Assembly (NCBI GenBank): GCA_965648935.1
Contig: CBFGIY010000001.1
Coordinates: forward strand, 32,794-96,793
Length of the DNA: 64,000 nt
Reading direction: 5' to 3'
Source: a candidate division WOR-3 bacterium
Lineage (GTDB): Bacteria; Hydrothermota; Tepidihabitantia; Tepidihabitantales; Tepidihabitantaceae
Shown: in pieces, positions 8,880-18,487 of the stretch
Position numbering within the stretch: the stretch's first letter is position 1
How the letters are laid out: every line of letters begins with the position of its first letter
The notes under the pieces: generated by a model
Seen by the model: only the letters and a program-made list of their open reading frames with translations
Database searches by the model: none
Told to the model about the DNA's origin: nothing
Made by a program: the position numbers and the translations under genes

Positions 8880-10000
8880 CAGCGAAAAGCCGAAGCCGGC
8901 TCGATGGCGAGCGCCCGGCGCAGGGCGATCGCCGAACCGGCCAGGCACAGCAGGTAAGTCAGCAGCACGTGCGCCGGCGCCAGCCACAGCGGCAGGTTTG
9001 CGGGCAGGCGCGAACCCTTGACCCCGAACAGGAACCCGGCCAGCAGGAAGAACCCGACCAGCAGCCCGATCGAACCGATGGTCAAGGCCTGGTACAGGAT
9101 GATGGCGAACACGTCGCGCCGCCGCGCCCCGAGCGCGCGCAGCACCGCGAAGTCGCGCTGGCGGTTGAGCACGTTGGTGTACATCGTCAGGGTTATGATG
9201 ACCACGCCGACAATGATGCCGATGAGCGTCGAGAAGCCGAAGCTCGACCCGATGCCGGTGCTCGTCAGGTTGTAGACAATTGTGTTACGCGCCAGCTCGG
9301 CCGACGTGATTGCGTCGGCCGCGGGCAGCAGCGCGCGGATGCGCGCGAGCGCCTGCGCGCGGTCCGCGCCCGGCCTCAGCCGGATCAGGATGTTGCTGCA
9401 CCGGTCCGCGGGCAGGCCGGTCACCTCGCGCGCCTTGGTCGCATTGGTGAACACCAGCGGCGGCCCGAACGCGCGCGACCCCTGAGTGTAACCCGCAACC
9501 TCGACCCGGCGCGAGTTGATCTCCACGACCTGGCCGATTGAGGGCCGGCCGAGGTCGGCCAGGTCAAATGTGTCCACGGTCACGGCGTCGTGCGCGAGCA
9601 GAACGGCGTTGCTGCCCCGGGCGAACTGCCACGGTCCGCCGGCCAGGGCCGGCCGCACCACGCCCACGACCGTCACGCCCTGAAAAGTGCCGTCGCTCAG
9701 GCGAAGCTGACCTCCGCCATAGACGAGCGGCTGGGCCCACTCCACCTCTTCCAGCCCGACGATGCGGTCGACATAGCGACTGGGCAGGCTGCCCGCGGTG
9801 CCGAGCGTGCCCGCGTTGCGCGACAGCACCCAGATGTCGGCCCCGCTGTTGTCCACCACCGCGGTCATCAGCGTCAGCAGCCCGAAGAGCACGGCGAGCT
9901 GCTGCCCGACCAGAAAAACAATGGAAATCACGCCCAGTATCGCGCCGGCGGTGGTCGACCGGTCGTGCAGCAGCATCCGGACCGCGGCGTGCCTACGCAT
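8879..10000 (-). CDS. ABC transporter permease (FtsX/DevC type)
   Basis: TM, large periplasmic loop, then RDFAVLRALGA and three TMs. Confidence 0.88.
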   Translation of the reverse strand: MRRHAAVRMLLHDRSTTAGAILGVISIVFLVGQQLAVLFGLLTLMTAVVDNSGADIWVLSRNAGTLGTAGSLPSRYVDRIVGLEEVEWAQPLVYGGGQLRLSDGTFQGVTVVGVVRPALAGGPWQFARGSNAVLLAHDAVTVDTFDLADLGRPSIGQVVEINSRRVEVAGYTQGSRAFGPPLVFTNATKAREVTGLPADRCSNILIRLRPGADRAQALARIRALLPAADAITSAELARNTIVYNLTSTGIGSSFGFSTLIGIIVGVVIITLTMYTNVLNRQRDFAVLRALGARRRDVFAIILYQALTIGSIGLLVGFFLLAGFLFGVKGSRLPANLPLWLAPAHVLLTYLLCLAGSAIALRRALAIEPASAFR

Positions 10001-11036
10001 CGCCCAGCAGCTCCCTTGCCGCGCGGTCGGCCTCGTCGAACCGGCTCACCACGACCACGCCCGGCCGCGCCAGACGCTCTGCCGCAAGGTTGGCCGCATA
10101 GCCGCCGAGGACTACCTTGACTCCGGGCAACTCCCGGCGCAGCGTCTCGACCAGTCTCCTTGCCGCGGGCAGATTGGTGATATGCTGGACCGAGAGGAAC
10201 GCGGCCTCTGAAGCGGTCGAACGCAACCCGCGCACGAGATCCACTTCGGGCACGCCGCGGCCGGTGTAGCAAACGCTCCAGCCGCGCCGCTCCAGCTCGA
10301 CTCCGACCAGCCAGGCCCCGACTTCGTGGTCCTCGCCCGGTACGCAGCCGACCAGCCCGCTGCGGTCGGCTGGGCCCGGCTCGGCCAGATCGTCGTACAT
10401 CCGCACCAGCGCATACCGGCAGACCTCGGTTGCGGCGTGCTCCTCTACGACCGAAATCTCGTTGCGCTCCCAGCGCCGGCCGATTTCAGCGAGCGCCGAC
10501 TGCACGATGGCCGTGACGCGCGACTCCGGAGTCCGGTCCGAGCGCTCAAGCAGGAACACGGCCGCGGCCCGGCGATTGCGTTCCAGCAGGATGCCGGCAA
10601 ACGTCCGCGCTTCGGCAGACAGCCCCGGGGCCGGCTTCTCCGAAGCCGGTCTACCGGCGATTGGCTTGAGCTGATGCAGCGGCCCGGTCAGCACCGCGGC
10701 ATCGAGCCGGCCGAGCCTTGCGTCAAGCGCCAGTATCCAGGCATCAAGCAAGTGAGCGAAGAATCCTGGTTCGAACCCCCGCGCAATCAGAACTCGCTCA
10801 ATCCACTCCAGCTCGCCGCCCAGCAGTCCGACCAGCCCGACATCAAGCAGGGCGGCGTAGGTCCGTCCGAAGAGCAGGCTGTACTCCTCGACCAGCGCGG
10901 CGTTCTCGCAACCCGGGCCGAGGCACTCGAACCGCGCGTCGAGCGCGAGCTTCTCGCTCGCGGCCGCGGCAAGCGCCGGCAACTGCGCCTCCAGCGATGC
11001 GACTGCCCGTTCAGACGGCGACTGACTGGTGTTCAT
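9993..11036 (-). CDS. Cobalamin-binding protein with CarH/LitR-type photoreceptor motifs but no MerR HTH
   Basis: W-x9-EH (WERNEISVVEEH), E-x-H-x-x-G (PGEDHEVG), LSV...VVLGG Rossmann motifs. Confidence 0.8.
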   Translation of the reverse strand: MNTSQSPSERAVASLEAQLPALAAAASEKLALDARFECLGPGCENAALVEEYSLLFGRTYAALLDVGLVGLLGGELEWIERVLIARGFEPGFFAHLLDAWILALDARLGRLDAAVLTGPLHQLKPIAGRPASEKPAPGLSAEARTFAGILLERNRRAAAVFLLERSDRTPESRVTAIVQSALAEIGRRWERNEISVVEEHAATEVCRYALVRMYDDLAEPGPADRSGLVGCVPGEDHEVGAWLVGVELERRGWSVCYTGRGVPEVDLVRGLRSTASEAAFLSVQHITNLPAARRLVETLRRELPGVKVVLGGYAANLAAERLARPGVVVVSRFDEADRAARELLGDA

Positions 11037-11096
11037 CTGGCGAAAGCCTCGCGCGATTGTAGTGCCGACAACCGCGCGGGGCAAGGCCCGCCGGCA

Positions 11097-12248
11097 TCAG
11101 GCTCTCGGCCCGGGCAGGATGCGACCCTTCCACGATGCCCTGCCGCGCAGCGTGAGATACATCGACCGGGCACCGATTGCCGCGCCGCATGCGACCGCCG
11201 CCGGCCCGAGCAACCCAAGGCAGAGCGGGTAGCGCCAGCGCAGCGCGGTGACCAGCCAGAGCAGCGCGCCCAGTGCCCAGCCCAGCCCGGCCATCACCAG
11301 CGAGAAACCGGAGACATCCGCACCCAGCGCGGCCAGCGCCAGTACCGCGACCGGTTGCCAGTAAGCAACCAGCAACCAGAGCCAGGCGAAGATGAAAGCC
11401 GCAACCCCGCCCCCGAAAGCCGGAAACAGATTCTTACTGAAGCCCGCGAAAGCCTCGCGCCCGGACCGGTACATACGACAGCGCAGATAATCCATTCCAT
11501 CGACCAGCCGCCAGACCAGTCCCGCCCGCGCGACGCGCCGCACCAGCGCCAGGTCATCGACCGCACTGGTACGCACCGACTCGTGCCCGCCCGCGCGTTC
11601 GTATGCCGACCGCCGAAACAGCAAGTACTGGCCATTGGCCGCGGTGAAAGCAGGATTGCGCCAGCGCTCGACGACGCGCACCGCGAGAAAGCAGGTGATG
11701 CTCCAGAGCATTATCGGCACGGTCAGCGCCTCGCCCGGTGTTCCCACCTCCTCATATGGCACCAGCGACAGCAGGTCGGCGCGCTCGGCATGCAGCGCCG
11801 CGACTGCCCGGCCCAGGCAGTCGGGCGCGTGCCTCGTGTCGGCGTCGGTGAACAGCAGCAGCTCCCCGCCTGCCGCCTGCGCGAGCTGATGGCAGGCCCA
11901 CGACTTGCCGACCCAGCCCTCGGGCAGCATCGCCCCTTCAATCAGGCGCAGCCGAGGCTCCGACCGCGCGAGCCGCATTACTGCTTCTCTCGTACCATCG
12001 CTGGACTGGTCGTCAAGAACGAGCAGTTCGAAGTCGGGATACTCCTGCGCGAGCAGAGACCCCACGACAGCTTCGGCGTTGTGCACCTCGTCCCGCATCG
12101 GCAGGCAGATTGACACGCGCGGCTGAACTGCCCCGGGCCGGTATCTCCCGAGTCGGCGAAACGACAGCGCGTTGTAGAGCGCGATCAGCAGAATAACTGA
12201 CAGGAAGACGACGATGCCGGCCTGATGCTCGATCCAGAAGAGGTTCAA
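11097..12248 (-). CDS. Family 2 glycosyltransferase (CrtQ-like)
   Basis: LPMRDE, LDDQSSDGT, GWVGKSWACHQL, FTDAD, ANGQY, DDLAL, CRMY. TTG start overlaps the upstream stop. Confidence 0.85.
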   Translation of the reverse strand: MNLFWIEHQAGIVVFLSVILLIALYNALSFRRLGRYRPGAVQPRVSICLPMRDEVHNAEAVVGSLLAQEYPDFELLVLDDQSSDGTREAVMRLARSEPRLRLIEGAMLPEGWVGKSWACHQLAQAAGGELLLFTDADTRHAPDCLGRAVAALHAERADLLSLVPYEEVGTPGEALTVPIMLWSITCFLAVRVVERWRNPAFTAANGQYLLFRRSAYERAGGHESVRTSAVDDLALVRRVARAGLVWRLVDGMDYLRCRMYRSGREAFAGFSKNLFPAFGGGVAAFIFAWLWLLVAYWQPVAVLALAALGADVSGFSLVMAGLGWALGALLWLVTALRWRYPLCLGLLGPAAVACGAAIGARSMYLTLRGRASWKGRILPGPRA

Positions 12249-12847
12249 CGTCTGCTCCGACGCAGCAGCGGCCCCGGTCCGGGTCGATGCAGGTCGCGGC
12301 GGTGCTTCCACAGCAACAGCGCAAAGTCTGCCAACCAGAAAACATAAACCGCGGGCTCGGCCCCACGCACCAGCCAGTATGCCAGCAGCACGACCATACC
12401 CCCGAGAACTACCCAGCCGCTGCCTGCCGTCAGCAGTCCCAGCAGTGCGAACCCGCCTCCCAGCACTGTCGGCCCTTCCCAGAGAGTCAGGCCGCACCAG
12501 GCGCCGAATGACGCGGCAATCGCCTTGCCGCCCCTGAATCCGAGCAACGGGGAAAACGCGTGGCCGAACACCGGCGCGGCTGCGACCGGCACGAGCCACC
12601 AGCCGCTGGCCCCGAATACCCAGCGCGCCAGCCCGACCGGCACCGCGGCCTTCAGGAAGTCGAGCCAGAGCGCGGGCAGACCCACCCGCCACGACCCTGC
12701 CTTCCATGCATTGACCGCGCCCGGGTTGCCGTCGCCGACCTTTCGGATGTCCTTTCTGGAGAATGCGCGCGCGAGCCACGCCGAAAAAGGCAGGCTGCCT
12801 GATGCGAACCCGGCTCCGACCCACAGCAAAGCCAGACCGACCGTCAC
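12245..12847 (-). CDS. plsY: PlsY-family acyltransferase
   Basis: GSLPFS, DIRKVGDGNPGAVN, LDFLKA, GHAFSP..GFRGGKAIA, WKH; possibly a paralogue. Confidence 0.8.
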   Translation of the reverse strand: MTVGLALLWVGAGFASGSLPFSAWLARAFSRKDIRKVGDGNPGAVNAWKAGSWRVGLPALWLDFLKAAVPVGLARWVFGASGWWLVPVAAAPVFGHAFSPLLGFRGGKAIAASFGAWCGLTLWEGPTVLGGGFALLGLLTAGSGWVVLGGMVVLLAYWLVRGAEPAVYVFWLADFALLLWKHRRDLHRPGPGPLLRRSRR

Positions 12848-12872
12848 TGGGCCGACCCGGGCAGACGCGGTC

Positions 12873-14990
12873 TCAACGAACTACCGCGAAACGGGCGGTC
12901 GCGGTTCGGCCGCCCTGACGGGCGAGCGCGAAGTAGCTACCGACCGGCAGATGTGCCGTCGCCATCCTCGCGCCTGTGCCCGGTTCGAGGTCCAGCGTTG
13001 CGACAGCCTGTCCGAGGCAGTCCGCGACCGTAACCCGGACCAGTCCGTCCCAGACTGCGTTCACGGCGAAAGTCACCGAACCGCGGCCTGCGAGCGCGGT
13101 GAGCCCGGCTTCAGGCCGATCAGCCCGACCGGTCTCGGACACCCCGGTGTACAGCTTGCGGTATCCCTGCACGCCGTCCCAGTAGTCCGCGATGTAGACG
13201 TGATCGCCGACAACCGCGACACCGTGCGCTGATCCGGGTGTCGTGTAGTGGCCGGCGTTGCGCGGCGAGCTCGGTGCATCGACCCGCACGACCCTGAGCC
13301 CGGCGTCGTGGTCGGCGACACAGACGAAAGGGTAGGCTGTGGCCACGCCCCGCGCCAGGCCGGGTGTGTTGTACGAACCGACCTCGCGCGGACTGGCCGG
13401 GTTGGAAACATTGATGACCCTCAGACCTTGGTTGTCGTCCGCGACATACGCGTAGTTGCCGTAGAGCGCCACGCCGCAGGCCGTACCCGGCGTATCAACG
13501 AAGCCGACCTCGGTCGGGTTGCCCGGACCGGCGATGCTGACAATCCTCAGGCCGGCATTGCCGTCGGCAAGGAAGGCGTGGTCGGCGCGCACGGCGACCC
13601 CGGTCGTCCAGCCGGGTGAGTCGTATAACCCGGCTTCCCACGGCGTGGCCGGTTCGGCAAGTTCCACAACCCGCAACCCGTACTGCTCGGCCGCAACATA
13701 GGCTCGAGTGCCGGCCAAGGCCACGGCTGCGGCCGGCCCGGGCAACGGGCAACGTCCGACAGGCGCGGGCCGAGCCGGGTCGGCGACATCGACAACCACC
13801 AGGCCGGCGGTGTCGCAGGCGACCGCGGCCAGACCGGACCTCACTGCCACGCCGCGCGCCGACCCGGGCAGGGGACAATGCCCGACCTCGCGCAGGTCTC
13901 CGGCGTCAACCGAGAGAACTCGCAGTCCGTCCGGACCGCAGGCGACGAAGCCGTGCCCGGCATCAATGCACAATGCAGTCGCGGGTCCGGGGACCCCGAA
14001 TCGCGCCTCAAGCCGCGGGTTGAACGGGTCTCGCACATCGATGACATACAGCCCGGCGTCGTTGCCGGCACAGAAAGCATACCCGGCGAGCACCGCAACA
14101 TCGTAGACCTGTCCGGGAAGGTCGATCGCGCCGATCTCGAAAGGAGCCAGCGGATTTCCGATGTGAATGACGCGCAGGCCCGCATCAACATCGGCGACAT
14201 AGGCGTAATCGCCGGCCAGCGCCACCCGCCATGCCGTGCCCGGCGTGTCGTGGGAGCCGAGCATCACCGGTGCGGTCGGCACGCTGACGTCGAGTATGTG
14301 CAGTCCCGCGCTGCCGTCGGCCACGTAGGCGAAACTGCCGCGCACCACGATATCCCGTGCCTGTCCCGGCGTGTCGAGAAGTCCGCGCCGCCGGGGGTGG
14401 GTCGGGTCGGTCGCAAGCAGCACGACGACCCCCAGCGCGTCGTGGGCCACGAGGGCGTAGTCGCCCGCCAGCGCCACGCTCCATGCGAAACCGGTCGTGT
14501 CATAAGAGCCGACCTCGCTCCAGTCGCTCAGGCGGACGACACGCACTCCCCGGCCCTCGTCGGCAATCCACGCGTGCGTCGGGCTGACGGTGATGTTCTC
14601 GGCCAGGCCCGGCGTGTCACGGCCGCCGAGCCGGACCGGCGCGGCTGGGTCGGCGATGTTCCACGCCTCGACGCCTTCGGCGTAGTCGGCGATGTAGAGC
14701 CGCCGCGTGCCCGCGTCGTAATGCAGGCCGCGCGCCCAGCCTCGGCTGTGCACGGCTTCAGAGACCCTGGTCGGCGCGGCCGGGTTCGACACGTCGACCA
14801 CGTACACCCCGCCGCCGGACCCGACGAAGACCAGCCCACGTGCAGTATCCACAGCCACGCACCAGCTCGGGCCGAAAGGCCAGTTGCCGACAAAGGTAAC
14901 GTACTGCGAATCGGCAAGGGCCTGAGCACCTGCGCCGGGCAACGGCATCCCGGCGACCAGAGCTGATAGTACTGAACCGATGGCGCTCAT
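12873..14990 (-). CDS. Secreted LVIVD-repeat protein with C-terminal sorting-like domain
   Basis: Many TPG.A..V.V.G.YAYVAD...GLRV.DV..P..P repeats; C-term LPVGSYF. Confidence 0.88.
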   Translation of the reverse strand: MSAIGSVLSALVAGMPLPGAGAQALADSQYVTFVGNWPFGPSWCVAVDTARGLVFVGSGGGVYVVDVSNPAAPTRVSEAVHSRGWARGLHYDAGTRRLYIADYAEGVEAWNIADPAAPVRLGGRDTPGLAENITVSPTHAWIADEGRGVRVVRLSDWSEVGSYDTTGFAWSVALAGDYALVAHDALGVVVLLATDPTHPRRRGLLDTPGQARDIVVRGSFAYVADGSAGLHILDVSVPTAPVMLGSHDTPGTAWRVALAGDYAYVADVDAGLRVIHIGNPLAPFEIGAIDLPGQVYDVAVLAGYAFCAGNDAGLYVIDVRDPFNPRLEARFGVPGPATALCIDAGHGFVACGPDGLRVLSVDAGDLREVGHCPLPGSARGVAVRSGLAAVACDTAGLVVVDVADPARPAPVGRCPLPGPAAAVALAGTRAYVAAEQYGLRVVELAEPATPWEAGLYDSPGWTTGVAVRADHAFLADGNAGLRIVSIAGPGNPTEVGFVDTPGTACGVALYGNYAYVADDNQGLRVINVSNPASPREVGSYNTPGLARGVATAYPFVCVADHDAGLRVVRVDAPSSPRNAGHYTTPGSAHGVAVVGDHVYIADYWDGVQGYRKLYTGVSETGRADRPEAGLTALAGRGSVTFAVNAVWDGLVRVTVADCLGQAVATLDLEPGTGARMATAHLPVGSYFALARQGGRTATARFAVVR

Positions 14991-15078
14991 GGCACTGACG
15001 CAGTCTAGTCTTTGCCCCGGCGCGCGTCAACCGCGGCCGGCTTGACTTGGCCGCGTGTCTCGGCTAGATTCTGGGCAC

Positions 15079-15152
15079 GCGCCCGTAGCTCAGCTGGATA
15101 GAGCGGCAGACTCCGGATCTGCAGGCCACGCGTTCAACTCGCGTCGGGCGCT
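15079..15152 (+). tRNA. tRNA-Arg(CCG)
   Basis: Acceptor GCGCCCG/CGGGCGC. Anticodon arm GCAGA-CTCCGGA-TCTGC. T-loop GTTCAAC. Upstream TTGACT-17-TAGATT. Confidence 0.93.
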
Positions 15153-15184
15153 TTCTCTGTCCCTAGACCCACCTGGAGGTTCTG

Positions 15185-15703
15185 ATGGACTTCTACAAGG
15201 CAGTCCAGTCCCGCCTGAGCATCCGCGCCTACAAGCCTGACCCGGTACCGGAGGAAGCGCTGAACCGCATTCTCGAAGCGGCGCGGCTCGCTCCCTCAGC
15301 GAAGAATCTCCAGCCGTGGAAGTTCATCGTGGTCAAAGACCCCGCGGTCCGCGCCGCGCTCATTCCCGCCTGCCGGGGTCAGGCCTTCGTCGGCGAGGCT
15401 CCGCTGGTCATCTGCGCCTGCGCGGTCGAATCGGAAGCCTGGACCAATATGGGCGGGTACTGGAAATCGGACATCGTCGACGTCACGATTGCGTTCGAGC
15501 ATATCGTGCTTGCCGCCGCGGCCGAGGGTTTCGGCACCTGCTGGATCGGCGCGTTCCTGGAAGAGGAAGTCCGCAAGGTCCTGGCGATACCGGCCGGCGT
15601 CAAGCCCGTCGCCCTGACCCCGCTCGGCTACCCTGCGCGCGAGGCGAAACCGCGCCCGCGCAAAAGCCTGTCCGAGATTGTCTGCTGGGACCGCTACTGC
15701 TGA
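15185..15703 (+). CDS. Nitroreductase family protein
   Basis: RLSIRAY, APSAKNLQPW, GFGTCWIG, PLGYP; GGAGG RBS. Confidence 0.92.
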   Translation: MDFYKAVQSRLSIRAYKPDPVPEEALNRILEAARLAPSAKNLQPWKFIVVKDPAVRAALIPACRGQAFVGEAPLVICACAVESEAWTNMGGYWKSDIVDVTIAFEHIVLAAAAEGFGTCWIGAFLEEEVRKVLAIPAGVKPVALTPLGYPAREAKPRPRKSLSEIVCWDRYC

Positions 15704-16140
15704 GCCGGCTCGACCTCGCGCTCCATTATCAGCGCGTCCTCGCCGTTCTCGTAGTAGCCCTTGCGCGTGAACGTCGGCACGAAACCGTGCGTAGTGTAGA
15801 ATAGCCGGGCCGCCGCGTTGGAAACCCGCACCTCAAGGTAGGCTGACCTCGCGCCGGCCGCGGCGGCGAACCGCAGCACCTCGTCCATCAAGGCCCGGCC
15901 GACTCCGCGCCGCCGGCTCTCCGGCGCCACCGCGAAGTTGGCGATGTGCAGTTCGTCCGTGCCCCACGCCACCGCGTACCCGACAACCTGTCCGCCCTCC
16001 TCCGCCACTATGCAGAGTCCCTGCTGACGCCCGAGGTCAGACCGAAAGAACGAACGCCGCCACGGATTGGGAAAGATTGCCTGCTCGAGCTCCATCACCC
16101 GATCAAGGTCAGCATCGGTCATCCGGCGCACAAGCACCAC
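15694..16140 (-). CDS. rimI: Ribosomal-protein-alanine N-acetyltransferase RimI
   Basis: FPNPW, ELHIANFAV.P..RRRGVG, LEVRVSN..A, RKGYYENGEDALIM. Confidence 0.88.
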   Translation of the reverse strand: MVLVRRMTDADLDRVMELEQAIFPNPWRRSFFRSDLGRQQGLCIVAEEGGQVVGYAVAWGTDELHIANFAVAPESRRRGVGRALMDEVLRFAAAAGARSAYLEVRVSNAAARLFYTTHGFVPTFTRKGYYENGEDALIMEREVEPAQQ

Positions 16141-16169
16141 GGCGTACTATCGGCGGTGTCGGGCGCGTG

Positions 16170-17201
16170 TCAACCCGGACGGCCGCCCGGCCCCTTGCCG
16201 GGCCTGCGACCAAGCAATTCCAGCACCCGCAGGAGATCGCGGTGGAACGCCTCGGCCGTGTCGGGTGCCGTGGCCTTGCCCGGGTAGATTTCGTACAAAG
16301 CCCGGTACTGCGGCGGCGTCAGGTTCGGCATCCAGACGTTTGCCCCGCGCGCCAGTCCCAGCTCGCGCCCCTGCCCCGGATTCACCGTCGCCAGCGCCGT
16401 AGTTGTCGGAATGTTGGCGTCCGGGCACGCCAGCCGCACCAGAGCCATCGCCCTGGTCGTCATCTCGTCGGTCGCCGGAACCTGCTCTTGGTCAGGCAGC
16501 GCCAGCCTTGCCGCATCACGGCCGAGCGGCGTGTCCGGGTGCGCGAGGTATGGCCCGACCCCGACCATCTCCAGTTCGAGCTCGCGGAACAGCATTATGT
16601 CGTCGGCCAGCGACTCGAAGCTCTGGCCGGGAATACCGACCATCACCCCGGATCCGGTCTCGTACCCCATTGCCTTGATGCGCCTGAGCAGCTCGAGCCG
16701 GTGCATTTCCTCGTCGCCGCACCCGGGATGGACTGCCCGGAACAGCGCTTCGTCCGACGTCTCGTGCTTCAGCAGATAGCGGTCAGCGCCGGCCGCCCGC
16801 CACAGCTCGAGTTCGGCCACTCTCCGTTCGCCCAGGGACAGCGTTACCGCGAGCGGCGTTTCACCCTTGATGCGCCGCACGACGCGCTCGACCCAGTCCG
16901 CGGTCAGGCCCGGGTCCTCACCGGCCTGCAGCACGACCGTGCCGTAGCCGAGCCGCTGGGCCAGTCGAACGCAATCCATCACTTCGCTCTCGCTGAGCCG
17001 ATAGCGCTCAATCCGCCGGCCGGCACGGATTCCGCAGTAGTGGCACGCGCGGCGGCAGTAGTTCGAAACTTCTATCAATCCGCGCAGGTGCACCTCGTCG
17101 CCGACGTGCTCGCGCCTTACCCGGTCGGCATCGGCCCACAGCTCGTCGAGCCGCGAATGGTCGCCTTCCCGCAGCCAGCCGAGTATCTCTGCGCGTGTCA
17201 T
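16170..17201 (-). CDS. hydE: [FeFe]-hydrogenase maturase HydE (radical SAM)
   Basis: RGLIEVSNYCRRACHYCG, VLQAGED, RYLLKHET, GANVWMPN, YEIYPGK. Confidence 0.93.
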   Translation of the reverse strand: MTRAEILGWLREGDHSRLDELWADADRVRREHVGDEVHLRGLIEVSNYCRRACHYCGIRAGRRIERYRLSESEVMDCVRLAQRLGYGTVVLQAGEDPGLTADWVERVVRRIKGETPLAVTLSLGERRVAELELWRAAGADRYLLKHETSDEALFRAVHPGCGDEEMHRLELLRRIKAMGYETGSGVMVGIPGQSFESLADDIMLFRELELEMVGVGPYLAHPDTPLGRDAARLALPDQEQVPATDEMTTRAMALVRLACPDANIPTTTALATVNPGQGRELGLARGANVWMPNLTPPQYRALYEIYPGKATAPDTAEAFHRDLLRVLELLGRRPGKGPGGRPG

Positions 17202-18433
17202 TGTGCCTGCCGCGACTGCCGGTAAGCCTCAAGCGCAGCCGGGAAAGGCTCCAGCGCCCGTTCGAAGATGCCGAGCGACCAGGCTATGGCAAGTCCGTAG
17301 TTGGTGATTGGCACGCCCTGGGCCCGGCATTGCGCCACGCGGTTGAGCACTGCACGGCGGTTGGTCATGCACGCCCCGCAGTGGACCACGAGGCTGTACT
17401 GCGACACGTCGGCGGGAAAATCATGGCCTTGATGGGTGGTGAACTCGACCTTGCCGCCGACGTACTGGGTGATCCATCGCGGTATCTTCACTCGACCGAT
17501 GTCGTCGCCGATCGGGTGGTGTGTGCAGCTCTCGGCGACCAGCACGCGGTCCCCGGGCTTGAGCCGGTCGATCGCGACCGCGCCCCGAACCATCTCGACC
17601 AGGTCGCCCTTGAATCGGGCGAAGAGAATCGAGAAAGAGGTCATCTTCACCCCCGTCGGCGTGTCGGCCGAAACCTTGAGAAACGCTTGCGAGTCGGTCA
17701 CGACGATGTCCGGCGGCCGGTTGAGTCGCCCGAGCGCATCCGCGAGCTCGCGCTCCTTCACAACCGCGCAGTAGGCGTCGTTGTCCAGGACATCGCGGAT
17801 GGTCTGCACCTGCGGTTGAATCAGCCGGCCGCGCGGCGCTTCCTTGTCAATCGGCACCACGAGCACCGCCATCCCGCCCGGCGGAACGAGATCGCCGATT
17901 ATCGTCGGCGGGTTCACGAAGTCCTCAGGTGCCGCTTCTATCAGGGCCTGCCTGAGATCGAGCACGCCGGCGCCGTCACGCGCCGCCGTGCGCACGGTCC
18001 GCACGCCATCGGCCCGCAGCTTCGCCTCGACGCTGTCCGGCGGCGCGGCGATATCGCTCTTGTTGAACACCGCGACGACCGGCACGCCGCGCGCGCGCAG
18101 CTCGGCGGCCATCTTCTCCTCGAACGCGTTCCACCGGCCGGCGTCGGTCACGATGAGACCGATGTCGGTCCGCTCGATGATCCGCCGGGTCTTCTCAACC
18201 CGCATCGCGCCGAGCGCGCCCTCGTCGTCAATCCCGGCCGTGTCGATGAACAGCACCGGTCCCAGCGGCAGCAGCTCCATCGGCTTCTCGACCGGGTCGG
18301 TTGTCGTGCCCGCCACTTCCGAGACGATTGATACCTGCTGGCGGGTCAGAGCGTTCAGCAGCGACGACTTGCCCACGTTGCGTCGACCGAAGATGCCGAT
18401 GTGCAGACGCAGCGCCCTGGGCGCGGCCCTCAT
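17198..18433 (-). CDS. hydF: [FeFe]-hydrogenase maturation GTPase HydF
   Basis: GRRNVGKSS, DTAG, NKSD, ESCTHH, HCGACM, TNYG; GGAGGT RBS. Confidence 0.95.
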   Translation of the reverse strand: MRAAPRALRLHIGIFGRRNVGKSSLLNALTRQQVSIVSEVAGTTTDPVEKPMELLPLGPVLFIDTAGIDDEGALGAMRVEKTRRIIERTDIGLIVTDAGRWNAFEEKMAAELRARGVPVVAVFNKSDIAAPPDSVEAKLRADGVRTVRTAARDGAGVLDLRQALIEAAPEDFVNPPTIIGDLVPPGGMAVLVVPIDKEAPRGRLIQPQVQTIRDVLDNDAYCAVVKERELADALGRLNRPPDIVVTDSQAFLKVSADTPTGVKMTSFSILFARFKGDLVEMVRGAVAIDRLKPGDRVLVAESCTHHPIGDDIGRVKIPRWITQYVGGKVEFTTHQGHDFPADVSQYSLVVHCGACMTNRRAVLNRVAQCRAQGVPITNYGLAIAWSLGIFERALEPFPAALEAYRQSRQAQ

Positions 18434-18487
18434 CGGGACCTCCAACGCGCGCTCTGCATTCTGCACTCTGCCTTCTGCATTCCCCTG

